Both the position numbers and the translations under genes were made by a program. The notes under the pieces are model-generated. The model did not search any database, had not been told where the DNA came from, and saw only the letters and a list, made by a program, of their open reading frames with translations. From positions 56,298 to 120,297 of the IMG/VR virus record IMGVR_UViG_3300045988_170760: DNA of 64,000 bases. One strand, written 5' to 3'. Source of the stretch: a virus. This document shows positions 9,673-18,664 of this stretch, piece after piece (within the stretch, counting starts at the first letter, position 1; every line of letters begins with the position of its first letter).

Positions 9673-10674
9673 ATGGCAGAAAAAAAATATCTTAATGATA
9701 ATGGGCTATCTTATTTATGGTTAAAATTAAAAGATTTATTTAATGGTAAAGTGGATAAAGTAGAAGGTAAAGGGTTGTCTGAAAGAGACTTTACTCAAGC
9801 TTATCAAACTAAATTAGATAGCTTAAAAAATTATGTGTTACCTATTGCCTCCGTAGAAACATTAGGAGGTATTAAAATAGGTGCAGGTTTACAAATTAGT
9901 GACCAAGGTGTTCTTAGTGTTACTGGTGGTGGAGTTGCGGATGCTGTTGCTTGGGAAAATGTAACAGATAAACCTACTACTTTAGCAGGATATGGTATTA
10001 CAGATGTTACTATCTCTGGGCAAATGATAACATTAGGTTCATCTAGTATAACTATTCCAAGTAAAACTAGTGAATTAACAAATGATAGCAACTTTTTAAC
10101 AAGGATACCTGTAGCCACTTCTAGTGTGTTAGGAGGAATTAAAGTTGGAGCAAACTTACAAGTTGCTGGAGATGGAACTTTATCCGCTTCTAAAGTACCA
10201 ACATTGCTTAGTGAATTGACAAATGACGTTGGATTTATTACTTCTGTTCCAATAGCAACAGCAGAAACAGCTGGTATAATTAAAGTAGGAACAAATTTAT
10301 CAATAAGTGGAGATGGGACATTAAGTGTAACAGGTATACCAACAAAAGTAAGTGAGTTACAAAATGATAGTAATTTCCAAACAGATACACAAGTACAATC
10401 TAGCATTAATAGTGCTATTAGTAATATTACATCATTTGACTATCAAATTGTTGCTAAATTACCACAATCAGGTGTAAAAGGTACAATATATTTAGTACCA
10501 AATTCAGGTTCAGGCAATAATTCATATGATGAATATATATGGATACAGCCAGAAGAAGGAGAAGGAAAATTTGAATTTATAGGAACTACTGCTGTTGACT
10601 TGACTGGATATGTAAAAGATACAGATTTAGTACCTATAAGCAATGAGGAGATTGATACTATATTAGCATCATAG
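9673..10674 (+). CDS. Tail fibre protein with SELxND / LGGIKVG repeats
   Basis: Three ~45-aa repeats (SELTNDSNF..IP.A...LGGIKVGANL...DGTLS). RBS aggaaggg. Confidence 0.75.
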   Translation: MAEKKYLNDNGLSYLWLKLKDLFNGKVDKVEGKGLSERDFTQAYQTKLDSLKNYVLPIASVETLGGIKIGAGLQISDQGVLSVTGGGVADAVAWENVTDKPTTLAGYGITDVTISGQMITLGSSSITIPSKTSELTNDSNFLTRIPVATSSVLGGIKVGANLQVAGDGTLSASKVPTLLSELTNDVGFITSVPIATAETAGIIKVGTNLSISGDGTLSVTGIPTKVSELQNDSNFQTDTQVQSSINSAISNITSFDYQIVAKLPQSGVKGTIYLVPNSGSGNNSYDEYIWIQPEEGEGKFEFIGTTAVDLTGYVKDTDLVPISNEEIDTILAS

Positions 10675-10684
10675 GAGGTATATT

Positions 10685-11608
10685 ATGCCACAAAAAGATT
10701 TTTTAAATAAAGAAGGATTACAATATTTTTATAACGGATTAAAACAAATGAATGTTGCAAGTGCAGATAGGTTATCTACTCCTAGGATGATAAATGGAAC
10801 CAATTTTAATGGTAGTGCGAATATTACAACAGCAAATTGGGGAACAGCTAGAAATATAGGTATTGTTAATTCTGATGGAACAGGAACAGCAGTGACAACC
10901 CCAGTAAATGGTTCGTCTAATATTAATTTAAAATTGCCTAGCACTATTAAGGCTAATATAGACGGAAATGCTAATAGTGCTTCAAAATTGCAAACAGCTA
11001 GAACTATTAATGGAGTATCATTTGATGGTAGTGCTAATATAGTTATTCCAGTTCCAACAAAAGTAAGCGAGTTACAAAATGATAGTGGTTACTTAACTAC
11101 TATTCCTATTGCATCTTCTACCGTATTGGGAGGAATTAAGGTTGGTACAGGATTATCTATATCTAATGGAGTATTAAATGTAGATATAGATGAAATTGTA
11201 TCAAATAAAATTTTAGAAGATAATAAGAAAAAATACCCTGTAGGTAAAATTATTATGAGTACAACTAACACAAATCCATCAACGTATTTAGGCTTTGGAA
11301 CTTGGGAACTTTGGGGTTCTGGTAGAGTGCCTGTTGGAGTAGATACAGAACAAACAGAGTTTAACTCTTCGGAGAAAGAGGGAGGAGAGAAAACACATAA
11401 GTTAAGTATAGATGAAATGCCAAGACATACACATAATTTTAACAGAGAAGGTGTAGCTACAATGACATCTGGTGGAAGAAATGAACTACAACAAACCTTA
11501 GGTTCTAAATCTTATAACTTTATAAGTTTAGAAAATTCTGGAGGAGACAAAGCTCATAACAATTTACAACCATATATCACATGTTATATGTGGAAAAGGA
11601 CAGCTTAG
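10685..11608 (+). CDS. Tail fibre protein with tail-collar-type C-terminal receptor-binding module
   Basis: Same N-terminal and repeat motifs as 9673. C-terminus reads GGEKTHKLSIDEMPRHTH ... HNNLQPYITCYMWKRTA. Confidence 0.75.
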   Translation: MPQKDFLNKEGLQYFYNGLKQMNVASADRLSTPRMINGTNFNGSANITTANWGTARNIGIVNSDGTGTAVTTPVNGSSNINLKLPSTIKANIDGNANSASKLQTARTINGVSFDGSANIVIPVPTKVSELQNDSGYLTTIPIASSTVLGGIKVGTGLSISNGVLNVDIDEIVSNKILEDNKKKYPVGKIIMSTTNTNPSTYLGFGTWELWGSGRVPVGVDTEQTEFNSSEKEGGEKTHKLSIDEMPRHTHNFNREGVATMTSGGRNELQQTLGSKSYNFISLENSGGDKAHNNLQPYITCYMWKRTA

Positions 11609-11619
11609 GAGGGGATAAG

Positions 11620-11835
11620 ATGAAGAAAGATAAAAAAGTTATATTTTTAATATGCTTAACATTGGGTATGCTTGCCTATAATTTATTCTTTTCTGCAATA
11701 CAACTAACAGATTATAATAAGAGGAAGGCTAGTGGGGATGCCCACTGGCTTATGGTTGAGGAAAGAATATTAGACATAGAGAATGAAGTAAATACATTAA
11801 AAGATGAATTTAGAATTTTTAATAATATAGAATAA
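11620..11835 (+). CDS. Small single-TM protein in lysis cluster (holin or holin partner candidate)
   Basis: RBS aggagggg before ATG 11620 (track start 11581 lies inside the previous gene). TM helix VIFLICLTLGMLAYNLFFSAI. Confidence 0.5.
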   Translation: MKKDKKVIFLICLTLGMLAYNLFFSAIQLTDYNKRKASGDAHWLMVEERILDIENEVNTLKDEFRIFNNIE

Positions 11836-11857
11836 TAACATTTAAGGATGTGAGATA

Positions 11858-12184
11858 ATGGAAACTTTAAGTATTATAGTAGTTGCTATTGTAGTAATTG
11901 TTGGGTTAGTATTAGCTGGATTAAAATTATATAGTCATATAAAACTAAAAGGATTAAGACAGACTGCAATAGATTTAATTGCACATGCAGAAGAAGCATA
12001 TGAAAAAGGTAAAAATAACGAAAAATTCCAAGCAGTATTTGATGGAATTTTAAATGCTTTACCAGCACCAGCAAGAGTTTTTCTTAATGAAAAAACAATT
12101 AATTATTTTATTCAATCAATATTTGATAGCATAAAGGTTGCATTAGATGCAAAATCAAAGGAAGAAACAACAGATAAAGAATAA
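11858..12184 (+). CDS. Putative holin (LL-H-like topology)
   Basis: 108 aa with an N-terminal TM helix and an amphipathic tail. Located immediately upstream of the amidase. Confidence 0.55.
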   Translation: METLSIIVVAIVVIVGLVLAGLKLYSHIKLKGLRQTAIDLIAHAEEAYEKGKNNEKFQAVFDGILNALPAPARVFLNEKTINYFIQSIFDSIKVALDAKSKEETTDKE

Positions 12185-12314
12185 AATATTATGGAAGGAG
12201 ATAATTATATGGAAGATAATATCTTTGAAGAAACAATAGAATTTTCTGAAGAATTATATCAAAAAAATATATCAGAAAATACATTTGAAGTTGAATATGA
12301 GGCAGGTGAGGATA

Positions 12315-13049
12315 ATGCAGATAACTAACGTAGTTTGTCCTGCATCAAAATATTCCATAAAATGTCCAGATATTACAGAAAAAGATGGAATTGCTGTACA
12401 TAATACTGCAAATGATGCAAGTGCTATGTCAGAAATTTCATATATGCTAGGTAATAACAATAAGGTATCATTTCATGCGGCAGTAGATAACTATAGAATA
12501 GTAACAGGTTTACCATTTGATAGAAGTTGTTATGCGGCAGGAGACGGAAGATATGGGAGTGGAAATGCTCATAAAATTAATATTGAAATTTGTTATAGTA
12601 AATCTGGTGGAGAACGTTTTGATGAGGCAGAAGATTTAGCTGCTTGTTATATTGCATATTTATTAAAGCAATATGGATGGGGAATTGATAGAGTATATAA
12701 ACATCAAGATTTTAGCGGAAAATATTGCCCACATAGAACATTAGATTTAGGATGGGAAAGATTTTTAAATAAAATTAGAGCATACCTAGGAATACAAACT
12801 ACACCAGTAGAGGACAATAAAGATTATAGTGGAGGAAGTGATGAACCAGTGAGAAAATATGTAAATGGAAGTACAATAGAAAATATTTATGCAGACACAT
12901 CACTAACTAAAAAAATTGGTTACTTAAGTCCAAGAGAAACTTGTGATTGTTTCGGTATATTTAACAATAGACCAATGGTTAGATATAAGGTTGATGGTAA
13001 ATCTAATTACAAAATAGGTTTCGCTGTTTGGAAAGGTGGAGTGAAATAA
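12315..13049 (+). CDS. Endolysin, N-acetylmuramoyl-L-alanine amidase (Amidase_2/PGRP type) with SH3-like C-terminus
   Basis: Motifs GIAVHNTAN, SFHAAVD, NIEICY and YKHQDFSGKYCPH. RBS ggtgagg before ATG 12315 (track start is 12285). Confidence 0.85.
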   Translation: MQITNVVCPASKYSIKCPDITEKDGIAVHNTANDASAMSEISYMLGNNNKVSFHAAVDNYRIVTGLPFDRSCYAAGDGRYGSGNAHKINIEICYSKSGGERFDEAEDLAACYIAYLLKQYGWGIDRVYKHQDFSGKYCPHRTLDLGWERFLNKIRAYLGIQTTPVEDNKDYSGGSDEPVRKYVNGSTIENIYADTSLTKKIGYLSPRETCDCFGIFNNRPMVRYKVDGKSNYKIGFAVWKGGVK

Positions 13050-13070
13050 ACTATCCAGAAAGGAGAAAAT

Positions 13071-15125
13071 ATGAATAGTAGAGACAATTCAGATAATTAT
13101 ATATGCAGAGCTGTTACAGAAAATCCAGGATATATGCAAGTCAAATTTAGAGTACCTGAAAATGTGGAAATTGTAGCAGGTGAAGTGTTTGTTCCAAATG
13201 TATTAGATTTAGAATTAGGATATGGAAACTGGGATGTATTTGCACCAGAAACGGTAGAAAATGAAACTGATATTCCAGCTATTATTTTAAATAATTCTTT
13301 TGAAACATTAGCAGATGGAAGAAGACCAAATGGAAATCCTGATTATACTCAATATGTGTATAGAGAAGGAGAAACCATAACAGGAATGTTATTATTGCCT
13401 GAATTAAAGTTTGAACTAAGTCCAGATAATATAAGTAATTTAGAAGAATTAAAAGATGCTATGGATTTAGATGCAGCAGTAAACACTTATCTATATCCTG
13501 AATTAGGTACTAGTAGCTTAAAATGGACATCTGATATAGAAGAAGTAGAAACTAAAGTGTATTTAGTTATAGAAGCTTTGAAATGGTTTAGATTAGGTGG
13601 ACTTTTTGGCGGTGACTTTGCAAGAACATTGGTTGTTAGAGTTAAGAATAATGATATATTAGGAGCTCCTGCTATTACTTCATTTACTATTACTCCTGAA
13701 GAAGGATTAGTAGAAGGAAATGAAAATGTAGAAGTAGGTGCGGTTGTAGCTAATATGGTTGCACAAGGTGGAACTGAACCATATGTTTATGAATTTAATG
13801 ATGGTGCTATGGGAGCAGATAATGCTTTATTTGAAATAGATGGAACTACAATTAAGGTTAAAGATAATCCTTTAACAACCAAAGATTATAAAATTTCTGT
13901 AAAAGTGACTGATAGTGAACAAAAAACTAGAACAGCAAATGCAACTATAATTGTAGATGCACCAGAAATTAATACTGTAACTGTCCAAGCATTTGGTAAT
14001 TTAGTAATACCAGTAAATGTTGATAGTAAAGTTGCTGACATAACTGTAGATGGAGGAATAGCTCCTTATGATTATAGTTTAGCTTCAGGTGTTGGTGATA
14101 ATGATTTATTTAAAATTAATGAAGCAACAGTAGAAGTTAAAACTCAACTTACAGAACCTAGGGTTTATAATATCACAGTAACAGCCACTGATAAAAATGG
14201 AAAAACAAAAGATGGTTCTTTAGCGTTGTCTGTAAACTCTCCAGAAATTACTTCAATTAGAGGAGATTTAGCACCTAATTTAAGTGTTGGAAATAGTAAT
14301 GTTGCAAGTGGTGCTACTGTATTAACTATGACTGCTGAGGGAGGAACAGAACCAATTACATTTGAATTCAAAGAAAATGGTGGAGAAAGTGCTGACAATG
14401 GATTATTTGTAATTGATGGAAATAAAGTAAACGTTGGTTCTAATCCTTTAACTGAAGTAAAAGAATATCAGATTTATATAGAAGCAAAGGATATGTATGA
14501 CAAAACTTTTGATGAAGGATTTGACATACCTGTTTCAGACCCAGAAATCACTAATATACAAGCTGATATTACACCAGGATTACAAGTTGGTAATGATAAT
14601 GTGGCTAGTGGTGCAACTGTTCTAACAATGAATGTAGAAGGAGGAACTGCTCCATTTGTATATACATTAGAAGAAAATGCAGAAGCAGGAGCTGATAATG
14701 GATTATTTGTTATATCTGATAACAAAGTAAATGTAGGAGAAAATGCTTTAACAGAGGCAAAAACATATAAAGTATATGTGAAAGTAACTGATAGCAAATC
14801 TAAAACATTTGTTGAGGGATTTGATATACCAGTTAGTGCTGCTGACCCAGAAATTACAGCATTAAATATAACTCCTGTAGAAGGATTAACAGCACCATTG
14901 ACAGCAGAAACTGTAGTGGCTAATTTGGCTACTGAAGGTGGTACTTCTCCATACACTTATACATTAGTAGAAGGTGATGTGGATAATGCTGAATTTGAAA
15001 TTACAGGAACTGAAGTAAAAAACATAGTAGAAATAGCTGAGGGTGCAATTAAAATGATAACAGTTGAAGTATCTGATAGTAAAGGCAAAACATTACAAGA
15101 AAGTGCTTCAATTGATATAACTTAA
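13071..15125 (+). CDS. Decoration-protein paralog fused to five Ig/cadherin-like repeats
   Basis: The N-terminal ~190 aa is paralogous to 1198..1767. Five ~95-aa repeats follow, with the GGT(E/A/S)PY.Y motif typical of He_PIG/cadherin-like Ig domains. Confidence 0.7.
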   Translation: MNSRDNSDNYICRAVTENPGYMQVKFRVPENVEIVAGEVFVPNVLDLELGYGNWDVFAPETVENETDIPAIILNNSFETLADGRRPNGNPDYTQYVYREGETITGMLLLPELKFELSPDNISNLEELKDAMDLDAAVNTYLYPELGTSSLKWTSDIEEVETKVYLVIEALKWFRLGGLFGGDFARTLVVRVKNNDILGAPAITSFTITPEEGLVEGNENVEVGAVVANMVAQGGTEPYVYEFNDGAMGADNALFEIDGTTIKVKDNPLTTKDYKISVKVTDSEQKTRTANATIIVDAPEINTVTVQAFGNLVIPVNVDSKVADITVDGGIAPYDYSLASGVGDNDLFKINEATVEVKTQLTEPRVYNITVTATDKNGKTKDGSLALSVNSPEITSIRGDLAPNLSVGNSNVASGATVLTMTAEGGTEPITFEFKENGGESADNGLFVIDGNKVNVGSNPLTEVKEYQIYIEAKDMYDKTFDEGFDIPVSDPEITNIQADITPGLQVGNDNVASGATVLTMNVEGGTAPFVYTLEENAEAGADNGLFVISDNKVNVGENALTEAKTYKVYVKVTDSKSKTFVEGFDIPVSAADPEITALNITPVEGLTAPLTAETVVANLATEGGTSPYTYTLVEGDVDNAEFEITGTEVKNIVEIAEGAIKMITVEVSDSKGKTLQESASIDIT
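13674..15122 (+). repeat. Five tandem ~290-nt coding repeats (Ig-like domains)
   Basis: Units begin at PAITSF, PEINTV, PEITSI, PEITNI and PEITAL. Units 3 and 4 are also clearly similar at the DNA level. Confidence 0.8.
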
Positions 15126-15162
15126 TAAGTTATTTATAAACAATACTAAATGTATTATAGGT

Positions 15163-15201
15163 AAGAAGAATAACTTTTTGGGTTATTCTTCTTATTTTTT
15201 T
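15163..15201 (+). terminator. Rho-independent terminator
   Basis: 12-bp stem aagaagaataac/gttattcttctt, 7-nt loop, then a T7 run. Confidence 0.85.
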
Positions 15202-15222
15202 AGAATGAAAGGTGGAATAGTA

Positions 15223-15774
15223 ATGGGAAGAAAAGTAAAAGTAACATTACCAAAATTTGATATTAAAGAAGTAGATTTTTGTGATAAAAAGATAAAAGTT
15301 GATACACACATTACTGTGGAAAATTATGAAAAAATACTAGAAGATATCAAAACTACAATATTATATAATAATGATGTTGAAGATAAATATGGTTTATTAC
15401 ATTTGAGATACATAAAAGATATATTAGATTTATGTACTAATATAGATACTAATAATTTAGAAGGAGAAGATTTAGCTTCTCGTTTGTTTGTAGATTTGCT
15501 ATGTTCTAATATAGATAACTTTTTTGATATACAATCTTATATAGAAAAAGAATATGATAAATGGATGATAGAAAATTGTTTTGGCGTTTTAGGGAATAAA
15601 TTACCATCATCTGCTGACATGGAAAAAAGTATGAAGAATATAGCAGAGACAATTGAGAATTTACCTGAAGATAAATTAGAATTAATAAGTAAAAGCATAG
15701 TATGGAATAATATGCCAGCATTAGGTAAACAAGTAGCACCTGCTACTCATGTAGATTTAATGGCTGAAGCATAA
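15223..15774 (+). CDS. Hypothetical protein (tail assembly chaperone candidate by position)
   Basis: ATG 15223 with RBS aaaggtgg. Track start 15178 lies inside the terminator hairpin. Confidence 0.5.
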   Translation: MGRKVKVTLPKFDIKEVDFCDKKIKVDTHITVENYEKILEDIKTTILYNNDVEDKYGLLHLRYIKDILDLCTNIDTNNLEGEDLASRLFVDLLCSNIDNFFDIQSYIEKEYDKWMIENCFGVLGNKLPSSADMEKSMKNIAETIENLPEDKLELISKSIVWNNMPALGKQVAPATHVDLMAEA

Positions 15775-15785
15775 GGAGTGATAAA

Positions 15786-16325
15786 ATGGCAATTAGAACT
15801 GATGAGGATTTGGAGAAAGTGTTTGCATCAGTTATTAAAGACGTTGTTATTTCTGTTAGTGAAAGAGCAAAGAAACTTTTGCAACAGCATATTAATGCAG
15901 ATACTTATGGGATAGGCAAAAATGTTACTGGTCATCCTAGAATTAATAGAAGTTATTTAAATGACACTGGTACTCCATCATACGAATTTAGAGATGTTGC
16001 GTGGAATATTAAATTACAAAATGATTTAGAAGGATATTTATTTTCTTTATTTTATGATGAAGGACTTCTATCTGCTCCAACTTATAGTTCTCCATATTTG
16101 CATGGTAATGTATATGAAAACAAAGATAGAAGAAAAGAATTACCAGATTTATTAAATGTATCAGGTACTTCTCCAGAAAGTGATTTTATACATCAGAAAA
16201 CTAGAAATCCTTTTTGGGATAACTTTGAGCAAGAGCTAAAACAAAAATTAGGAAATTGGTTATATACAGAATTTAATAATAGAGGATTAAAAGTTCCAAG
16301 TTTAAAAAACGCTAGATTTGGATAA
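15786..16325 (+). CDS. Hypothetical protein upstream of tape measure
   Basis: RBS aaggagtg. 179 aa. Confidence 0.5.
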   Translation: MAIRTDEDLEKVFASVIKDVVISVSERAKKLLQQHINADTYGIGKNVTGHPRINRSYLNDTGTPSYEFRDVAWNIKLQNDLEGYLFSLFYDEGLLSAPTYSSPYLHGNVYENKDRRKELPDLLNVSGTSPESDFIHQKTRNPFWDNFEQELKQKLGNWLYTEFNNRGLKVPSLKNARFG

Positions 16326-16373
16326 TTATAGACTTCCTTTTATTTTATTATAGAAAGGAAGGTGGGAAATTTA

Positions 16374-17153
16374 ATGGCATCAAAATTTGAGGTAGTATTA
16401 ACTGCCAAATTAGATGAGAATTCAGTAAAAGACATACAAAAGCAGATAAACAGTATAGTAAAAAATCAAGACTTAAGTATAAAGGCTGATAGTAAACAAG
16501 TAAATAGCTTATCAAGGTCACTACAGGGATTAAGTAATGAAGCAAAAAATGCAAAAGGACATACTCAAGGTCTGAGTGATATAATTAGCAAATTTAGTAG
16601 TTGGCAAGTTGTTGGAGACGTTATTCATGGCGTAAAGAATGCTATGAGTGATATGGTACAACAGGTATTTGATTTAGATGCAAGTTTAACTGAATTAGAC
16701 AAAGTAACAGATTTAACATCAAGTGGATTGCAAAGTTTAGCAGATGATGCTTTTGCAGTTGGAGAACAAATTGGGGCAACAGGTAAAGATGTAATAGATG
16801 CAACTACACTTTTTGCTCAGGCAGGATATGAAGCCAGAGATGCTTTAGACTTAGGAGAACAAGCTATTATGCTTAAGAATGTGTCTGAGGCTGGTGCTAC
16901 TGCTGAAAGTAGTGCAAGTACTTTGATTGCTGCAATGAAGGCATTTGGATTAGAAGCTTCAGATAGTAGTCATGTAGTAGATGCTTTAAATGAAGTGTCT
17001 AACAAATATGCAGTAAGTGTAAATGATTTATCAACTGCTATTAGCAAATCTTCCGCATCAATGGCGGCGGGTAACAACTCTTTAGAGGAAACCTTTGGAT
17101 TGGTAACAGCTGGGGTGGAAATCCTAAGGGAACCGGGTAGAGTTGCGAACGGT
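16374..17153 (+). CDS. Tail tape measure protein, exon 1
   Basis: TP901-type TMP core pattern (LTELDKVTDLT..., GATGKDVIDATTLFAQAGY, SASTLIAAMKAFGL, LSTAISKSSASMAAGNNSLEE). RBS aaggaaggtggg before ATG 16374. The ORF stop at 17154-17156 is the first intron triplet. Confidence 0.85.
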
Positions 17154-17363
17154 TAATTTTAGGCTGTTCATATATAGAAATATATATAAGGAAAAGACCT
17201 TTAATTGCTGGAACCCCCTTAGAGCTATATTGCCACAACATAGCAATGAAAAATATGCAAGTGTGATGGCTTAAAAAGTATATAGATTGGGAAATCAGCA
17301 GCCAAGCTCCGAATAGGAGAAGGTTCAACGACTATCGCTTAGGTTATATTATTTTTTTATATA

Positions 17364-17392
17364 TTGACATTTATAATAAAATATGATATAAT
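17364..17392 (+). promoter_or_regulatory. Conserved early-type promoter inside the intron, upstream of the endonuclease ORF
   Basis: TTGACA-tttataataaaatatga-TATAAT. Same 29-nt family as the minus-strand early promoters. Confidence 0.6.
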
Positions 17393-17756
17393 ATAACAAT
17401 ACGAGTAGGGCTCAAGTGAGCGGGTGAAAATCCCTTAAATCGAAATGGGGTCATACTAAACAGGTAATGCTGAAGTATAAGATATAGTCTAATCTCATAT
17501 GAAAGTATGAGGGAATGGAGTAAAATATGAAAAGAATATAGAAGAAGTTAAAAATGAATTTATTAAAAGAGGATATATACCTTTATTTGATACTTATAAA
17601 AATAATAAAGAAAAGTTAAAATTTAAAAATAAAAATGGATATATTGGAAATATATCATTAAATAAGATTAATAATATTGATAATTATTTATACTTTTCTA
17701 TTTTTAATGAAAATGTTATAGATAATATTAATACTTATTGTAGAGAACACAGATTA

Positions 17757-18662
17757 ATGTGTGAAGTATATCCACAAGAATATAAAGGAATAGATTATCA
17801 TATGAGGGCAAAGTGCTTAATTTGTGGAAAAGATTTTTATACAACATGGCATATTATTAGTGATAAAAGGTATAATAAATATAAAAAATGTTGTAAGTAC
17901 TGTTCTAATAAATTAACTCATATGAATGATTTATCTAAGTATAGTTTTTCAGAAGTATATAATATATTTAAAAGTAATGGATTATTGTTGCTAGATAGTG
18001 AATATGTTAATAATACTATAAAGATGGATTGTGAGGATGCAGAAGGATATAGAGGTAGTCTAAGTTTTCATCAATTGCTTAGTGGATGTATGTTTAATAA
18101 ATTCCATAAGTCTAACCCTTATTCTATCTATAATTTAAACTTATTTTTTGAGATAAATAATTGTAAAACTAAAGTACTTGATAAAGAATATAGGGGCAAT
18201 AAATATAATTATAACTTTAAGTGTGAGTGTGGAAATATTTTTAAAAGGTCTATAGATGGTGTTGTATATAATGGTTCTCTATATTGTTTAGATTGTACAA
18301 AACATAGGAAATCTAGTTATCATTTAAAAGTTAGAGATTGGTTAGATGATAATAATATAAATTATATTGAAGAGTATACTTTTGATAATTGTAAGGATTT
18401 AAATAAGTTGCCATTTGATTTTTACTTGCCAGATTATAATTTATGTATAGAGGTTCAAGGTGAACAACATTATACTCCAAAAGATATATTTGGTGGTGTT
18501 AATGGATTTGAAAAGATAATAAGTCATAGCATTGTAAAAAAATATTATTGTAATTGCAATAATATTTGTTTTGTAAAAATAGATTATTCTGATTTTACTA
18601 ATGATAATTATATATATATTTTACTACATTCTATTAAAACTAACGATTTTAATAAAATATAA
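17757..18662 (+). CDS. Intron-encoded homing endonuclease-like protein (Cys-rich modules + PD-(D/E)XK / Vsr-like C-terminus)
   Basis: C-terminal FDFYLPDYNLCIEVQGEQHY resembles a Vsr/DUF559-type nuclease core. Coding-like sequence continues upstream in frame to 17529. The RBS-linked ATG at 17527 is one nt out of frame. Confidence 0.65.
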   Translation: MCEVYPQEYKGIDYHMRAKCLICGKDFYTTWHIISDKRYNKYKKCCKYCSNKLTHMNDLSKYSFSEVYNIFKSNGLLLLDSEYVNNTIKMDCEDAEGYRGSLSFHQLLSGCMFNKFHKSNPYSIYNLNLFFEINNCKTKVLDKEYRGNKYNYNFKCECGNIFKRSIDGVVYNGSLYCLDCTKHRKSSYHLKVRDWLDDNNINYIEEYTFDNCKDLNKLPFDFYLPDYNLCIEVQGEQHYTPKDIFGGVNGFEKIISHSIVKKYYCNCNNICFVKIDYSDFTNDNYIYILLHSIKTNDFNKI

Positions 18663-18664
18663 AG

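Larger units (their letters stand above)
17154..18664 (+). mobile_element. Group I intron interrupting the tape measure gene
   Basis: All four core boxes are present: P aattgctggaa (17203-17213), Q aatcagcagcc (17293-17303), R gttcaacgacta (17323-17334), S aagatatagtc (17479-17489). P1 pairs 17147-17153 with 17163-17169, with a U-G at the splice site. The last intron nt 18664 is G. A 4-5 bp P10 can form. Joining 17153 to 18665 keeps the frame (..RVANG|LSTITARL..). Confidence 0.9.

Noticed and set aside
12209-12328. 39-aa acidic ORF (MEDNIFEETIEFSEELYQKN...) with RBS ggaaggag, between the holin and the amidase.
   Set aside because: It is plausible but too short, has no recognisable motif, and overlaps the amidase start. 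The support is not enough to list it as a feature.
13674-15122. Regular ~290-nt tandem repeats, checked as a possible CRISPR array or DGR template/variable pair.
   Set aside because: The repeats are in-frame protein domains with about 70 percent DNA identity. There are no short direct repeats with unique spacers. No reverse transcriptase gene is present in the window.
15178-15222. N-terminal extensions offered by the ORF track: 15178, 11581, 12285, 8916, 41199, 44698, 51238, 58247, 60137.
   Set aside because: The extensions run through terminators, tRNA or tRNA-like genes, or upstream coding regions. Internal ATGs with proper RBS spacing were preferred.
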